Below, piece after piece: positions 1 to 14,110 of a stretch of DNA of 64,000 nucleotides. Where the stretch lies: positions 38,628,001 through 38,692,000 of the forward strand of contig CM052816.1 in the NCBI GenBank assembly GCA_028534125.1. Direction: 5' to 3'. Made by a program: the position numbers and the translations under genes. The notes under the pieces are model-generated. The model was not told where the DNA came from. It saw only the letters and a program-made list of their open reading frames with translations, and did no database searches. Numbering within the stretch: position 1 is the stretch's first letter; each line of letters begins with the position of its first letter. Origin of the DNA: Lama glama (lineage: Eukaryota).

Positions 1-3000
1 AAATGCACTTATTGGGGTAATGTACTGAAAACATCTCCCAAAAGTGAGTTTTGACAAGAGATTTGGGAAAGAACAGGGGGCCTTCTTGCCAGATTGCAGG
101 TGCAAGGAAGAAGGGCCAAAGTTAGGTCAGAGTCAGGGGAAGTAGGAGGCAGGTGTGAGAGACAGGACAGCAGCAAAAAGCTCACTAGGAGGAAAGGGAT
201 AGACATGGAAACAAAGAGAGGAAGCAGGTGTCAAGAGAGCGTCGTCAGTAAGAGTGAGTGCCTGCTGGGAGACATCTGCAGAAAACATCTGCAGATACTT
301 CTCCATGACTGCCAGGAAGGAAGATCCCTGCCACAGAGACACACAAAAGGCTTAACGACCTGTGGTATGTGGTTGAAGGGTATGCACAATGCTCAGTGCA
401 CCAGCCTCCAGTTACTCTGTGACAACACCAGTTCCACATCCCCACCACTTCCCTCCCTCGTGGAAAACATTTGTTAAAGCATTTAGTATTGATCAAAACA
501 TAAGGAAATTCTTTGATTCATCTCCTTCGCCAAAACAAGCCGGCCTTATTTCACCATCAGTTGTCTCAGAAAAAAAGAAAAAAAGATTCCTTCCAGAGGG
601 AGACAGAAAATAGCTCTGATCCATTTATCAAGTAACTGTTTTGCTTTGCTTTTATACCCGAGGTTAGAAAAATTCTGCCAACGCTGCCCTGTCAGACTGG
701 CATTGAATCCAACAGTAGGTATGACAAAGGTACTAGTGGCTGGAATGGTTCACTGTCTAAAGTGCTACTACCGATGATGGCACCAGCCACCTGGAAGACT
801 GAACAAGTCATTAGAAGATCAACTGTGGAAAGGACACCCCGCCCTGCTTTGTTCCCCTTGAACATCTGATCCTTCCCGTGTTCCACATTACCCCACTTAC
901 AGCTCATTCAGGGCTAATGTAGCAGAGAAGAAATGTGGGGAAGTCAGAGACAGAGAGAGAAATCTTTCAAAAAAACATTCTCTATCCTGATAAGTGGAGT
1001 TCATAGTTTTGAAAAAGAAAAACATGACACAGATTTCTGTGTACATATGACTACCCTTGGCCTATTCAAGTCATTCAGTCAAATACAAATCGCTCCTCAG
1101 GGACTGAGTGCTTTTGGTGGGTCAATCACAGGTACGTCTGTGTGGATGGGCTGCTATATAGAGCCAGGGTCTCCGGGTCATTGATGAGCCAGATGCTGCC
1201 AATGGTGCCACTACCGGGCTACCGCTTCTGAGAGCTGGTGTTTTTGAAGTGAATACAGCTGAAAGAAGCATGCAACCACAGAAAACATAATGGAGCCCAT
1301 AAGAGGCCTGGGCAAAAAAATGTGCGCATACAATTTGTCTGATTGTTAGGCTTTCCAACCAGTTTCAGAAGTCTGCATTGTCTTGATAGTGACTTGCTGG
1401 GCAGTGCTGGAAAGTCACCAGACTTTCGGTGCTACTTAGTTTTTCAATCTATAAAACAAGCTAATAAAAGCAATTTGATAAAGAATAGTGTTCCATATAA
1501 GCAGGTGTCCTTGAAACCATTCACTTTATTTAAGAGATCAAATAGATTAGCTTCCTATTGACAGCTTCACATGCCATCACAGGAAGTATCTATGAAGGAC
1601 AACAGTCAAATACCTCGGGCATTCATAAAACCAAAATTTAGAGTTAGTTGGAATTTGAGGAAGCCTCTTCTCTTTGCCCTTGGTTAGGCCCTCAAAATAC
1701 AGAAAATCAAGTATTCTAAGCCCTTAGACAAACAAAAGAATCAAATTCCCCTTTCTACACACAGGCAAAACTAGTCACAAAAAAGGTGAATTCAACTGTA
1801 ACTAAGAATTGAGTCAAAAATTGAGGTCAATAGAAAAGAAAACCTCAAATGCTGACCCATAAGTAATTCAACCAAATACACCTTCCACTCAAACCACTTT
1901 GGACTCAATGTATAAGTATCTGGGAAATACAAGAAAAGAAGAAAGTTTTTTTTCTTAAAAAAAAAAATAAAAGAAAGAAAGACGAAACAAGACCAAGAAG
2001 AAAGGGTAGAAAAGGGAATGAAGAGCAGTTTATGGAACACAAACATTCAGTCCCCCAATCCCAGTACCCCAGTCATATCTATAACCCCAAACGACTACAC
2101 TCATAAGGACAGAAACCACTATTATTTCTTATAAACAACCCCCCATCCAAATTACCACCTACTCACTCCTACACAGCTTTTATGAAGTACCATGCAGACA
2201 CTGTAGATGGTTCATAAATGTAATGTGAATGTAAGTCCAAACATCTAAATGCAGTGATTACTTTAGGAAACAAAGATCACTTTTCCATACTTTAATTTTA
2301 CATAATTTGGCAGAAGAACAGAATGAGAGAAGTATAGCGCTTGGAACATACAGAAGCAGAGCAATTTACACCTGCATTTTTGTCTATCCATGCATGAGAT
2401 TTTTAAAAAGTCTTTTTCAAAATTTGTTTCATACTTTTATACAAACAATTTTATAGGGTGAAATTTCATTTGCACATAGATTTATAAAACTGATGTAAGT
2501 TCTGTCGCCTTTATCACTAGGTAAATTTCTTCAGACACTTATTTTACCTCCAAGTCCCAATAAATGCTGATTGATTAAGAGATTTCAGAGCCAGTCTGTT
2601 AAAGTAGATCATCTCTTGCCATTGTTGATTTTACAGTCATTTTTAGTCTTCTGTTTATTTGCTTTTGTTAATATGAACCATCTGTGCCTCTCATCCTGTG
2701 TTTTTAAATAAGCTGCCTAACTGTAGGATTTAAAATTTTTATATTTCACCCTCAAGCCTGCTGTTGATCATTTTTGTCAAAACTAAATGCCTGCCCTTTA
2801 AAAGGTCATTTCTGAAGTTTAAACCTGTTGGTTTATGTTATTACAGCAAATCTCACCCCAGAATGCTTGGTGTTGTATAATAACAACCCGTCCACTGCTG
2901 TGTGGAATGAATAACTAAATCAAAAGCCACTATTTCCTCTTAGTTCTAAAGATCAGCTTTCAAACATATACACATTTGTGGTTTGCTTTTTCACGTTTTT

Positions 3001-4084
3001 CAAGCATCTAGCAAGTCATATTCCAAAGAAAGTTTGCCAAGGTATCACTTTTAGGCAACTTTCAGAAAAGTGGTATTGCTACACATAAGACAATGATAAA
3101 TTTCACTAATACACTCAATAAATTATTTCCCCAGTTATAATCTTCCTTGGATTCATAGGTTCAACAACTAAGTTATTTTTTTATTTTTATTTTTCCCAAG
3201 ATAGTTTTATATTATTCAATAGAAAGAGAATATACATGCTTTCTAAAGAGAACTGGAGTCTAAATTATAAGCATATTACCAAAAAAATGTACATGAACAA
3301 CAAAAAGAGATTTTAAAAGAGAAATAAAAAAAATTTAAAGACGAAAAAGCATTTACCAGGAATAGGGATTAGTTACAAGAAATGCGTACTAAATTTGACC
3401 CTAGGTTTCCAGAAACAAGTCGTAAAGGGCTGTCAAGGGAATGAATGTGTTTTCCAATTCCCACTTTATCACTTATGAAACACATAGCATCATCTTTTTC
3501 TTGATAACTGCAGAGTTAACAGGGGTCCCCGAAATGAATGCTGGAATTGTCTTCTGATGTTGATACCCATGACCTAATGGGATCAGTGCTTTAGCATTCA
3601 AGAAATGAAGGAGTCCAGTAGCCTTCAAAATTATTTATGGGTCAAAAAAAGTCTCCAATTTTGGAAACTAGTAGTGATATTAATACTAATAATATTAGAA
3701 ATAACAAGTAACTAGTATATTGGTCTATATATTGTAAGAATATTAAATGCACAATTAAGGATCCTGAAAGACAACCATCTCAAGATGACAGTCAGGTACT
3801 TCAGTCACTGTAACTTCTTTTAGTACATAATCTAAAGAGTCCAACTAAAAAATAATTGAACTATTTGTTCCATTCTAGAATTTGTAATTCTGCAAATTAC
3901 AAATATAAAATGTATTGTTTTTCTCTTTAAATTGGTTATCTTGCACCACTTAAAATGTAGATAGTGCCCCAAATATTAACATAGGGATTACCTTTAGAAC
4001 CAGTTTACAAGAACACTGGCCTTACATTTTACAGAATGCAAGGTATTCCACAGTCATCTTTCTCATTCTCATTAAAGAGGTAAG

Positions 4085-4300
4085 TGGCAGCAGAATGAAT
4101 TGAGAAGCCAGACTTCAGTCTGGGTTGGAAGCCTAAGTCCACGGCACATCGCCTGACCCAGGTTACCTTTCTTGAAGCTCTGGCACCTCTGTTTCACAGT
4201 CTGCACAACAAAAGTAATAACACAGACCTTGAAGACTTTTGTGAGGGTAAAGTTACGCATGAAGCGCTGTTCTCAGTCTCTTGCATGGTTGCTGCCTACG
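4085..4300 (+). mobile_element. MIR SINE (diverged)
   Basis: Resembles the MIR body and core: ctgggttggaagcct...ctctggcacctctgtttcacagtctgcacaac...gtaataac...ttgtgagggtaaag. Confidence 0.65.
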
Positions 4301-5373
4301 AAAGACCTGTCCATCAGCAGCCTCCCCACCATTACATACAACACAGCAGCAGAATCACCTCTGAGTGTAATTCTGAAGATTGTTACTAATATTGCTGGTG
4401 ATAAAGGCAGTACCAGCGGCAAGAGGAGGTTTTATTTTTTATCACCACTATCAATGAAATTCTATTACATCTTATAATCTCCTTGGTTCCTCTCTACATT
4501 TAGCTTCTTCCAATTACACAGAATCGCCATCTTTTTGCCATAACACAAGTATTAATGAGGGGGAGGTGGAAAGGAAAGTAAATGAATGCATCTCTTTGTA
4601 TTAACAAAAGTACACACTCCTAAAGGAAAATCCAGCTACAAGTTAAACCAAACATTTTCAGCAAATCAGCATATTTTGAAGCTGTAGCATTTGATGATAC
4701 CTCAAAAATTAGCCCTTTAACTTTTTAATCATATTACTAAATGACTTCCAACAAACATGATAATCATAACCTTTGCCTTCAAAGACATGGTAAAAGTTAA
4801 AAATGAAGTGGCTGTAAGAAATATCTTTATGTAATTTATTCAGTTTTAAATCGGTGAAAACATACAGCTCCCTTTCCAAAACTGAGAGAAAATTATTTAA
4901 CCTGTTTCAATTTTTTCATGGGAAAAAAAACAGTTCCTATTAACGTAAAATAAGTTAACATGATAAGCACTTGAAACAGAGCCAGACACATAATAAATAC
5001 AATCTGTGTTTCTATTTTATTATCTCCCTTATAAAATTCTTTATAATATTCATACTTTGTGCTATGCTTACTTTTTTAAAGCAGCATCAAAATCTTTTAG
5101 AAAGAGAAAGAAAAAACAGTATGTAGCCTTTACAGTGATTAAATGTTCATTTTTCTTTGGGTGTAGGGAAAAACCATCCTAAGGGAAAAGAGAGAAGACA
5201 TAGGATATGAAGTAGCTGTCTTTACAGAGCAAAGGGAGCATGTTCGTATGGGAAGGAGATGTGGGCAATTTGATGTAGAAAAAAAAAAAAAAAACACCCA
5301 TGGCTCCCAAAGATAAATGACAGTTTCAGGACCAAACAGCAGAGAAACTAAAGAAGATTTCTTGTTATATTTA

Positions 5374-5944
5374 TGCATTAGTTATCTACTGTTGCAAGAC
5401 AATAATACCACAAATTTAGTGCTTTTAACAAGACACATCTTTCTCAATTTCAGTGGGTCAGGAGTCCAGGAACCACTTGGCTGGCTCTCCTGTTTCAGGG
5501 TTTCACAGAGTTTCCACACAGGTGTCAGCCAAGGCTGCAGTCTTATCTGAGGCTCAAATGGGAAATGATCCACTCATGTGCTTGCTGGCAGCATTCAATT
5601 CTTCGTGCTGCCAGACTCAGGGGCGTAATTTCCCACTGGCAGTTTGCTGGAGGTGACTTCCCCCGGTCACTGGCTTTCTCCATATGGCAGCTCACAGTAT
5701 AGCATCTGCTTCTTCAAAGTCAGCAAGGGAGAGAATCTGAGAGTCCGTCCTTAAATGGGTGGTATAATCTTATGTAATATAATCACTCACTCACTCGTAA
5801 TCACATCTGACCTGTCACCCTTGCCGCGCTCTTATTAGTTAGAAGTCATGGGCTCCCACCATGTTCAAAGGGAAGAGTCTGCACTAGGACACAAATACCA
5901 GGAGGCAGGAATCCTGGGCGCCACCACAGAGCCTGCCTGCCTTA
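5374..5944 (-). mobile_element. MaLR solo LTR, MLT1F/E-like
   Basis: The reverse complement starts ggcaggctctgtggtggcgcccaggattcctgcctcctggtattt, like the MLT1F 5' end; the other end reads tgcattagttatctactgttgc on +, like the MLT1 3' end. Confidence 0.8.
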
Positions 5945-8900
5945 AGTTACTAATAGTCTTTCTTCTTTCCAATAATTCTAATTACTTAACAATCATATTG
6001 CTCTTTCTTTTTGGCCACCAGGAGTTCCAAAGCTGAAATTTTGACTTCTCTTTCATAACTGTGTAAGGCCAAAAAGTCTGTGTATTGGGAGCATAAATAT
6101 TATCTCCCTTATACTGACCTTCCCTAAGAATAGATGTTTACTGTTGCCATTAATTTAAACTCCTTTCATTCATTAATTTTTTTAATATGTTCCTATAATT
6201 TCTGCAAATCCTCTGTAGAATGAGACATGGAATCAACAGTTATACCATAAGGATATTGTTAAAAAGAGTAACTCAGCTCTGAAAAGTGGTGAAGTCACAA
6301 GGCTACATCAGCTTCTCTAGCTTCCTTCGCTGGTACTGCAGACATCCCACAGGTGAAGACACGGTTTAGCTCTCACTTTGATGACACTACTGATACCTCT
6401 AACTGGAGGGTAAGTCATTCAACTCAGTTGCTATGCTTTGTGCAACTCTCACTTAACTAACAGAAATTCCTTTCCCATTTGACTTGTGCAAACTCTCTCC
6501 TAAAATCTACACTAAGAAAAATAACACAAGAAGGATAATCATATCAGGGGTTAGAATTAGTAGGAAAAGTGTTTGAATTTATAATACCCATTCTATAAAT
6601 ACATGCACAATTTAAAGCAGTGGAGGAGAAATGACACTGTTTTAGAAAAGCATGACTTTGAATTGACTTCCATGATATATGACATTTTAGAAGAATTTAA
6701 CTTAATTTTGATTAATATTAGTACACGATTTTTAAAAGCATTTTTGTGTTAACTTTCTCAAGTATATTTTTATCTCATGTTTTCCATGTTTTTATTTGAA
6801 ATGATAAGACTAAGATATAAGAATAATTAATAACTTTGACGTCAACTATTCTTTACGTCAGCTCCATTCAGCAGTTTTTGTTTCTTGATGAATAATAATT
6901 CCATGCAATGATAAGATTAGAAATCTTAAATCTTCTTTCATCTTGTATTTTTCTCATTTTCCACAAAAATAAGGGCACTGATGCTTTTCTGGTTATAACT
7001 ACTCACTCATAGACTTAAATGATACTGTTCAGATTAAGTCATCACTGTATTTGATAATGGTGATCACAATCTTCTCTGAGGAGATTAAATTATTCAGTTA
7101 TATGAGTTGTTTCACCTCACTGTACAGAGAGGCAGGTTAAAAGGATTTAAATCTTCTCCTTTTTGGTAAACTATAGTTTCTTAATCGTCAATAGCCACGC
7201 TCCTATTGTCGCAGCTTCCCCGTGTGATGTAACAAGCACCCTGAGTTTTAATAGGCTTAAGTCTGACCAACACTCAGTAAAAATCCATGGAATGTTCTTT
7301 AGAGTGTCCCTGTGATTTTTTAAGAGGTAAGAGTTATGTGCATGCTAAATCTAGATGTCTTTTAAAGAGGAAAACAGGACACTGCAAAGCTGCCTCAGAT
7401 GGCCAGGGCAGTGTGGAGGGAAAGAAGGGTGGTCCACTATAAACTCAGACATGCCTGCTTTGGAAAGTTAATCTCGCTGCCTGCGCTTCACATGGGACTA
7501 TTTGTCAGCAGATTGCTTTCTGTTCATTATAACTCTCATATTCAGGAAGAAGGAGAATTGGCCAAACCAGTAATATAAATGCATTGTATGCTCTACCCTC
7601 CCTCTTTATGATTAATTCTACCAGTGGTACAAATTTGCATGAATGAATGTCAGTGTGTTTTCTGCCCTGAACATTTCCTGCTGGCTTCAGTTCAGCCCTG
7701 CTGACATTTATTACAAATAATAGCTAAATATTCCTGATTTAATAGCGGCAGTGGCCCCACATCTGAAGGTGATGTCTGTAATAAAAACAGACAAGACGAG
7801 CTTATAACAAATACTAATCAGATTGTGTTTGCACACATAATGGATAAGCCTCACAGATACTCACAAAATGTAATGGTTGTTTTTTTAAATGCAGCTGCTA
7901 GAAGTCACAGTTGAAGAACATATTGGTCTCTTTATTTCTTTTTCATTTCCCTTCTTCCTCCATCTCCTTAAAGTACCAAAGGCCTCCGTGCACAATCAAG
8001 ATTGAATATAATCCCCTTTTTTATCTGGAAAAATGGGACACTAAGCACAGAAGACTGGCTATGTCCTTCTATTCATCTTTTGTTGCTCCTTCTAAACAAA
8101 GGGCATTGTCCCCTGATAAATTCCATTTTCTGCCTCTTATTCAAAGGTAGTTTACACACTATCTACGATGATTCTCACACAATGCAGTGACTGGCAAAGA
8201 TACAAGTAACTTTCAAAGTTCTTTCAACCTGTTGACCCAGGTGTCCCTTCTGAAAGATATAAACTAGCCTTCCACACCTCTCACAATTGATAAAGGAGAC
8301 TATAAAACCTGAGATTACAAAGAGAAGACGCACAGTGCCTACTAAAGGCAGCTTTAAAAAGCCTTTGGGAATAAAAGGTGCTTTTCTCTTTATTCTACCC
8401 AAACTTCACAAGCCTCCATATGAAAATTGAAGGAGGTCAAGTTAGCAGTGTCTTTTACTTAACATTTAAATGCTTAGGAATTTAACTCACTTGGCAGTAA
8501 TTGTGAATAATTTTCTAAAAATAAACCTTTTTTCTATTTTTGCAGTATTTTTTTCCAGAGTGACTTTGCAGAAAATTGTAATGAAAGGTGATTACAGCCA
8601 CCAGAATTTTTTTAAATATTCAATTGAAATATTTTACTTGATTGGCAAATATTCCTTTCAGTGCATAAACTGTGTGACACGTGGGAACCAAAGTCTTAAT
8701 CACACATTGTAAGATCACCAAAAATATACTACTTGAAGCCTAAGCATCACGGACTCAGGAATAAGCTTGGGGTGGAACGTTTTTGTTGAAGGCTCAACAT
8801 CATGTCGAGTCCTGTTCTACAGAGCCACCTTCAGATGTGCCCTGGCATAGCTTCTAACTCCCACCCTCCTCTGATTCCTCCAGCAGTCCAGTGGTCAAAA

Positions 8901-9164
8901 AGGCAGTGAACACGACCTTGGGCTCAAACTCTACACCTCTACCACTAATGCCTGAGTGTCCAATAATCGTTCCATGTGCATCAAGATGCGGAATGTAGAT
9001 TCAACAAAATTCTTACTATTTTGATATTCAAAAAAAAAAAAAACTTTAAATTTCCACCTCACCATATTGGTTGGCACAGTCTCCCAACTGAAATGTTTGT
9101 TCACTGTGATCTTCAAAAGAACTAGAAAATTAGGCAAAATGTAATCACATTGGCCAGGAACAGG

Positions 9165-9305
9165 GACTGTCCTCATATTGCGATGGGGACACTTAAGCTC
9201 AGAAAGTTGCAGTGACTTGCCAAGTCACAGAGTGAATTAGGGCAGAATTTGTATTGTGGTCCCTGTCGTAAGTCCTGGGTCAGTGCTTCCTTCATTGCAC
9301 TAGTC
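9165..9305 (-). mobile_element. MIR SINE fragment
   Basis: Reverse MIR core: gatggggacacttaagctcagaaagttgcagtgacttgccaagtcacag. Confidence 0.7.
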
Positions 9306-9849
9306 TCCACTCACCATTATCTTACTTGCTCTCTTCTAGTTAATGAGATCCAACCACATTGTTTCATCGGTCCTGAGATGCAAAGTTTGATCAGTGGGTT
9401 TTCTGGATTCTGAATTTATTAGACCCATTCAGCCAAATGTATGACCTATGCATTATTTTGCCTGTGAGCTAGTTGGCTGCGCATCACTTGATGGTGCCAC
9501 TGATTTCTAACACATATATCCTTTTTCCATCTGGATAAGAAAGGTAGCTTACACCAACAAAGACTTCATAAACATTCCTTAGTTGCTAAGTGTGACCTTT
9601 TCAAGGCCAGCATTTCATTGTCAGGCATTAAGGCACGAAGTTACTGAACTTTGTGTCCTTTCTCCCTACAGCAGTATTTTTCTCCCATTTTTGTCACTAA
9701 CAATTATGCTCTTTCTAGAAATCCACTTCATATGCTTGACACATTGTGCTCAGATTCCTCTGTCTCCCACCATTTGCCTTCACATATATTCAGCTTCACC
9801 TAAATGTCCATTATGGTTATGGGTACATCCTACATAAATCTGTTTTAGC

Positions 9850-10120
9850 ATCTGTGCCCTTGCTATGTCCTGGCTGGGAGAACCATTTCCCTATCCCATT
9901 TAGGTTCTATTCAGATACTGCCACTTCTTTGAGCCTTTTCCTAAATATTAGCCAGATGTGATTTCTTTCTACTTTGAGCACCTAATGCCCTTCCTGTCAC
10001 TTCTATTTTCAGAGCCCTTATACACTGGCCTACCTGTGTTACAGTTACATGTGCTAGATGCTCTAAACCATGTATTTTATAACTCATCCTTACACTGCAG
10101 AGCACATAGCACAGGACCTC
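9850..10120 (+). mobile_element. L2 LINE 3' fragment
   Basis: Degenerate L2 3' motifs: tgcccttgctatgtcctggctggga...gagccttttcct...gcacatagcacagg. Confidence 0.5.
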
Positions 10121-10429
10121 ACCTTTCATTGGAAAAAAATTACAAATATCTATATTATAGTTACTGTCTAAAAGTCATAGCCATTTATTTTAATCCTTAA
10201 CAAAAAAGTCTCCTCTAGCATAAAAACAATACATCTTTGCAACATTATGTCAAAACTAAAATGAAGCATATGCTACTTCAGTGTTCTAAGAGCTATACAG
10301 AAACTAAAGAGAAAGCAAAATGAATTTTGTACTCTAGCATCCTGTATCAAGCAGAACTGTATGCCTGAGATCTGAAGTAGGAATTACAGGTAAACAAAAA
10401 ATTTATCCACCTAGGGCAGGAGGGATGAG

Positions 10430-10720
10430 GGTGATTCGAGTAGCATAAAATCCAGTCTGAATCCAAAGGCCCAGGAACCAGGAGCCGACGTGCAAAGTCC
10501 AAGGTTAGGAGAGGGTGGACTAGGAAGCTGATCCACCCTCCCTCTGCCTTTTTATTCTGTTGGGGCCCTCAACATATTGGATGATGCTCCCCCACACTGG
10601 GGAGGGCCACCTGCTTTACTCAGTACTCAGATTCAAAGCGAATCTCTTTCAGAAATGCCCACAGGCACACCCAGGAATATTTTACCAGCTATCTGGGCAA
10701 TCCTTAGTCCAGTTGAGCTG
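10430..10720 (-). mobile_element. ERVL LTR, MLT2B/C/D-like (partial)
   Basis: Reverse complement tcagctcaactggactaaggattgcccagatagctggtaaaatattcctgggtgtgcctgtggg...catcatccaatatgttgagggcccc matches the MLT2 5' end. Confidence 0.85.
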
Positions 10721-11149
10721 AGTATCTATAGCTAGGGTCAAAACTCTAGGAAAAATTCTGAAGTGTTGAGAATATTCCAACAAAGGAATTTAAAAAAAAT
10801 CCACAGAGGTGATTTCTAAAGTCCAGCAAAGAAAACTAACCTGGAACAAGAGATCAAATTTTGAAAGGCAAATGGCAAAGAAAGAAACGAACACTGCCAT
10901 TAGGCAAAGAGAAAAGTTGTATCAACAAGGGCCTAGATGAAAGTATTGGATGTGGCCTCTGGCTGGACTCTCAATGAGTATTTATGTCTCTTACTTGCTA
11001 CATTGTGAGCAGTCAGCTCTAGAACAACCTATGCAGAGTCAGTTACTATCCTCACATTTAGTGAAGGAAACACTACTGATCTGGGCCTAAAAAAATATGA
11101 ACATGATTTTTAAGAGGTAACCCACCTTACTAGGACAATCACCCAAAGT

Positions 11150-11305
11150 CCTGTTCTTGAACTTTATGTACATGTAAATCATCTGGGGATCTCATTAAAT
11201 TGCAGATTCTGATTCAGTAGGTCAGGGATGGGCCTGAATTTCTGCATTTCTAACAAGCGCCCACACTGCATACTGGTTCCTAGGTCAAACTTTTGAGTAG
11301 AGAAG
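11150..11305. mobile_element. MER5A (hAT-Charlie DNA transposon)
   Basis: Diagnostic sequence aatcatctggggatctcattaaattgcagattctgattcagtaggtcagggatgggcctga...ctgcatttctaacaagc. Confidence 0.85.
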
Positions 11306-13956
11306 ACCTACACAACAGCCAAACCAGTGCCCCAAATATAGAACAGGTATATTTTAAAATTGCAACCTAGTGCTTAAATTAAGTAATTACTATCTAAGTA
11401 TAGGTACAAATGGTATAAAATTTGTTAATTATCTGTAAAAACATGTTATTTCAGATTGCAGAATAAATGTTGTTACATTCCTTTGCCAACATAGAACAAA
11501 AAATGTGAAGCACTTGTTTTCCATATTTATCTCTTGCCTCTGTCTGCTTATATTCTTTTTAATAGGTTCCAAATGAGAAATGTTCACTTCACAGATTTTA
11601 ATTACCTGAAATCCTTTTTTCCTTATTGATTACCAAGAGCAAAGTAGCTTTTTGCGTTAACCTTTCAAAATGTCCAATTTAATTTATGAATACAATATTT
11701 TTTCAGCTCAGCGTGTATAGATGATGCATACCATTTCATACTGCTGTTATAAAAAGACCATTTTAATTACCCACGGAAATGTGCCTGGGATGGAGAATTG
11801 TGAGAGTTCATGAACAGAACCGCCCAACAATTTATTGGAAGAGCACCCGGCATCAACAAGGCAACTGTATCTGCGGTAGATAAAGCATTCTCTCAGCTAC
11901 TGGGAAAATTTGTTTTGACATCACATTAGGATTAAATCAGTTATGCAATATTCCATAATGGCTGCCTTTATTTTGTATTTTCGAAAACAAAAGCCTGATT
12001 TTCTGGATTCCTGCTAACGGACTAAACATTGGCGTAAAGCCTGGAGACATATCAGTAGGAGGAAGGGGGCTGCTGGTGATGAGGTCATCCTGAGGCATTT
12101 GAATCCAGGGCTTCCATTATTCCAAATGTGGTAGCTATTCTGGGAAGCTTCAAGGTCACAAAACCCACACTGCTTGATTGCAGTCACTTCTCTGATGCCT
12201 TCAGCAAGTGGTTGCTTCTTTTTTACATTTTCTGAGCTTTGAAATTCACACAGCAACTTTATCCCCCCTCAACCCAATCAGAAAGCTTTCATGCAAGCCA
12301 TTCTGCAAAACACAAAATCAGGGGGAAAAGAAGCTAAATCAAACTCAAATAAAAAAGAAGTGATAGACGCTTCAACAGAGTCCACACAGGGAATCAAACC
12401 TTCTTTTAAACAAAAATATTGACATAGCAATTTAAAATAAATACCAGCTTCATATGCCGAACACTTTATTATTGGCTCACAGGACTGCAAATGTAAGGAA
12501 CCTATTCTTCTCTGAAACATTGCCAAAGGCAAACCTCTTAAAAAACCAAACATTGTGACATGTTCTTAAGTAGCTTGCCATCATGTCGATTGTCGCATTT
12601 GGTATAACATAACGCCTGCATGTTCATTAGGCCCACACATTGCAATTAAGGTACATATGTTTTGCTTCTCCAAATGTCTGAAAGCCAGGTGGAATGAGTC
12701 AATCGCTCTGATGACATTGAGCATTTCTACAACAATGCTGAATTCCAGCTCAGTATTTTGCATAGTATGCCTATTACATGGAAAACGGAATTGCCAATAT
12801 GTCCTTTTGTGTAAAGCTGTAAAAGCTCAGAAGATCTTAGCAAATACTGGTATGTTGCTGCTAAGGTACATGAAGCAGATGTCTACAGTTATCCTGTTAA
12901 AAAGTTTCATTGTAAAAGACCCTTCAAATAAAGCACTGCTGCCAGTAATTGCACATTAATTGGCTTCATTCTTCTCTGAAGGTCTAGCAGAGTGCGGACA
13001 GCCCTCTGATTTGCTGCCTTCCAAAGCACAGTGCATGCTAAAAATATTGAGGGGTTCTTGTTCTTTCATTGCCTTTTAATCTCTAAGTGACGTGCCTGTA
13101 GAAATAAGTCCAGTGATTCTGTCCTAGCATTCAATATTTCTTCAAATTTTAAAAAAGCAAAATAAAAATGGGTTTTATTATGACTTGGGACTGGTAATAC
13201 CTAAAGATAAGAGGCAGAAACAGAGGGAAGAGGTTGACTTAAAGTTAAAATGGCAAGCTTCAGTTCACTGGAACCTTGAAATTGTGAGCACTTGGGCATC
13301 TGACATGTTAGGTGTCAAGCAGCGAAACAAAATATGGTTTTTACAAATAAATCCCAGCAAGGCTACAGTTGTGTGACCTCCCCCAATCTACCTCTCCAGG
13401 TAGAGCAGTGCATAGCTCTCATTGAGATGTCAGGGAGAGCTCATTAGCTGAAAGCTACATCTGGGGTGAAAGGGCAATGGGAAGACAAACCAAGGATTGC
13501 TTCAAAATTGCTCTCACCGTGTGTCTACTAGAGAAGGGTTTGGGAAGATTGCTTAAAGTGCAAAAGCTCTTTCTGATTTTCTGACAGTTAAAGTACCGTA
13601 AAGTGGAATGCAAGAAAAAGGAAGAAAATAATTGCTGGGGAGTGTTGATGGTTATGAGATGGCTAGTCTTTGCTGTAAAAACCCATGCAACTTGGTGAAG
13701 TTTTTCTTAAAACTGCAAATATTAGAGAACCATGACGTATAAAATCTTCCATGTTTAACCACTCAGTATTCCCCCCTTACCCAGTCTCCCAAACACAGCT
13801 CAGCAGCATCTTCTACTGTTTCTTTTTTCACTGTTTCATGAAAAGGTTTACAGAGACCTGGTCATTGGTGATTTCCTCTAGATAGAAGAAAGGGCAGGAA
13901 CAGAGATTGAGAGAGAAGTGTGAATATCTGGGGATCTTATGACTTACCTCCCAGGA

Positions 13957-14110
13957 GAGTGGAGTTGAAAGAGCACTGGAAAAGGAGTCAGGATCCTTCA
14001 GTCAATAACAAGTATGCATCCTGAACAACTCACTTAGTATTTCTTTGATTGTGTTTCTGTACATGTAAAATGAAGAGACAGGTCTACATCTGGTTTTGAA
14101 TCCCTGTGGT
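13957..14110 (+). mobile_element. MIR/MIR3 fragment
   Basis: gaaagagcactggaaaaggagtcagga...caactcactt...tgtttctgtacatgtaaaatgaag. Confidence 0.6.

Noticed and set aside
94..477. 127-aa ORF as a gene
   Set aside because: Non-ATG start, no recognisable domain, and it overlaps several equally weak ORFs
12657..12959. 100-aa ATG ORF
   Set aside because: No recognisable homology or splice context; the region looks more like regulatory DNA
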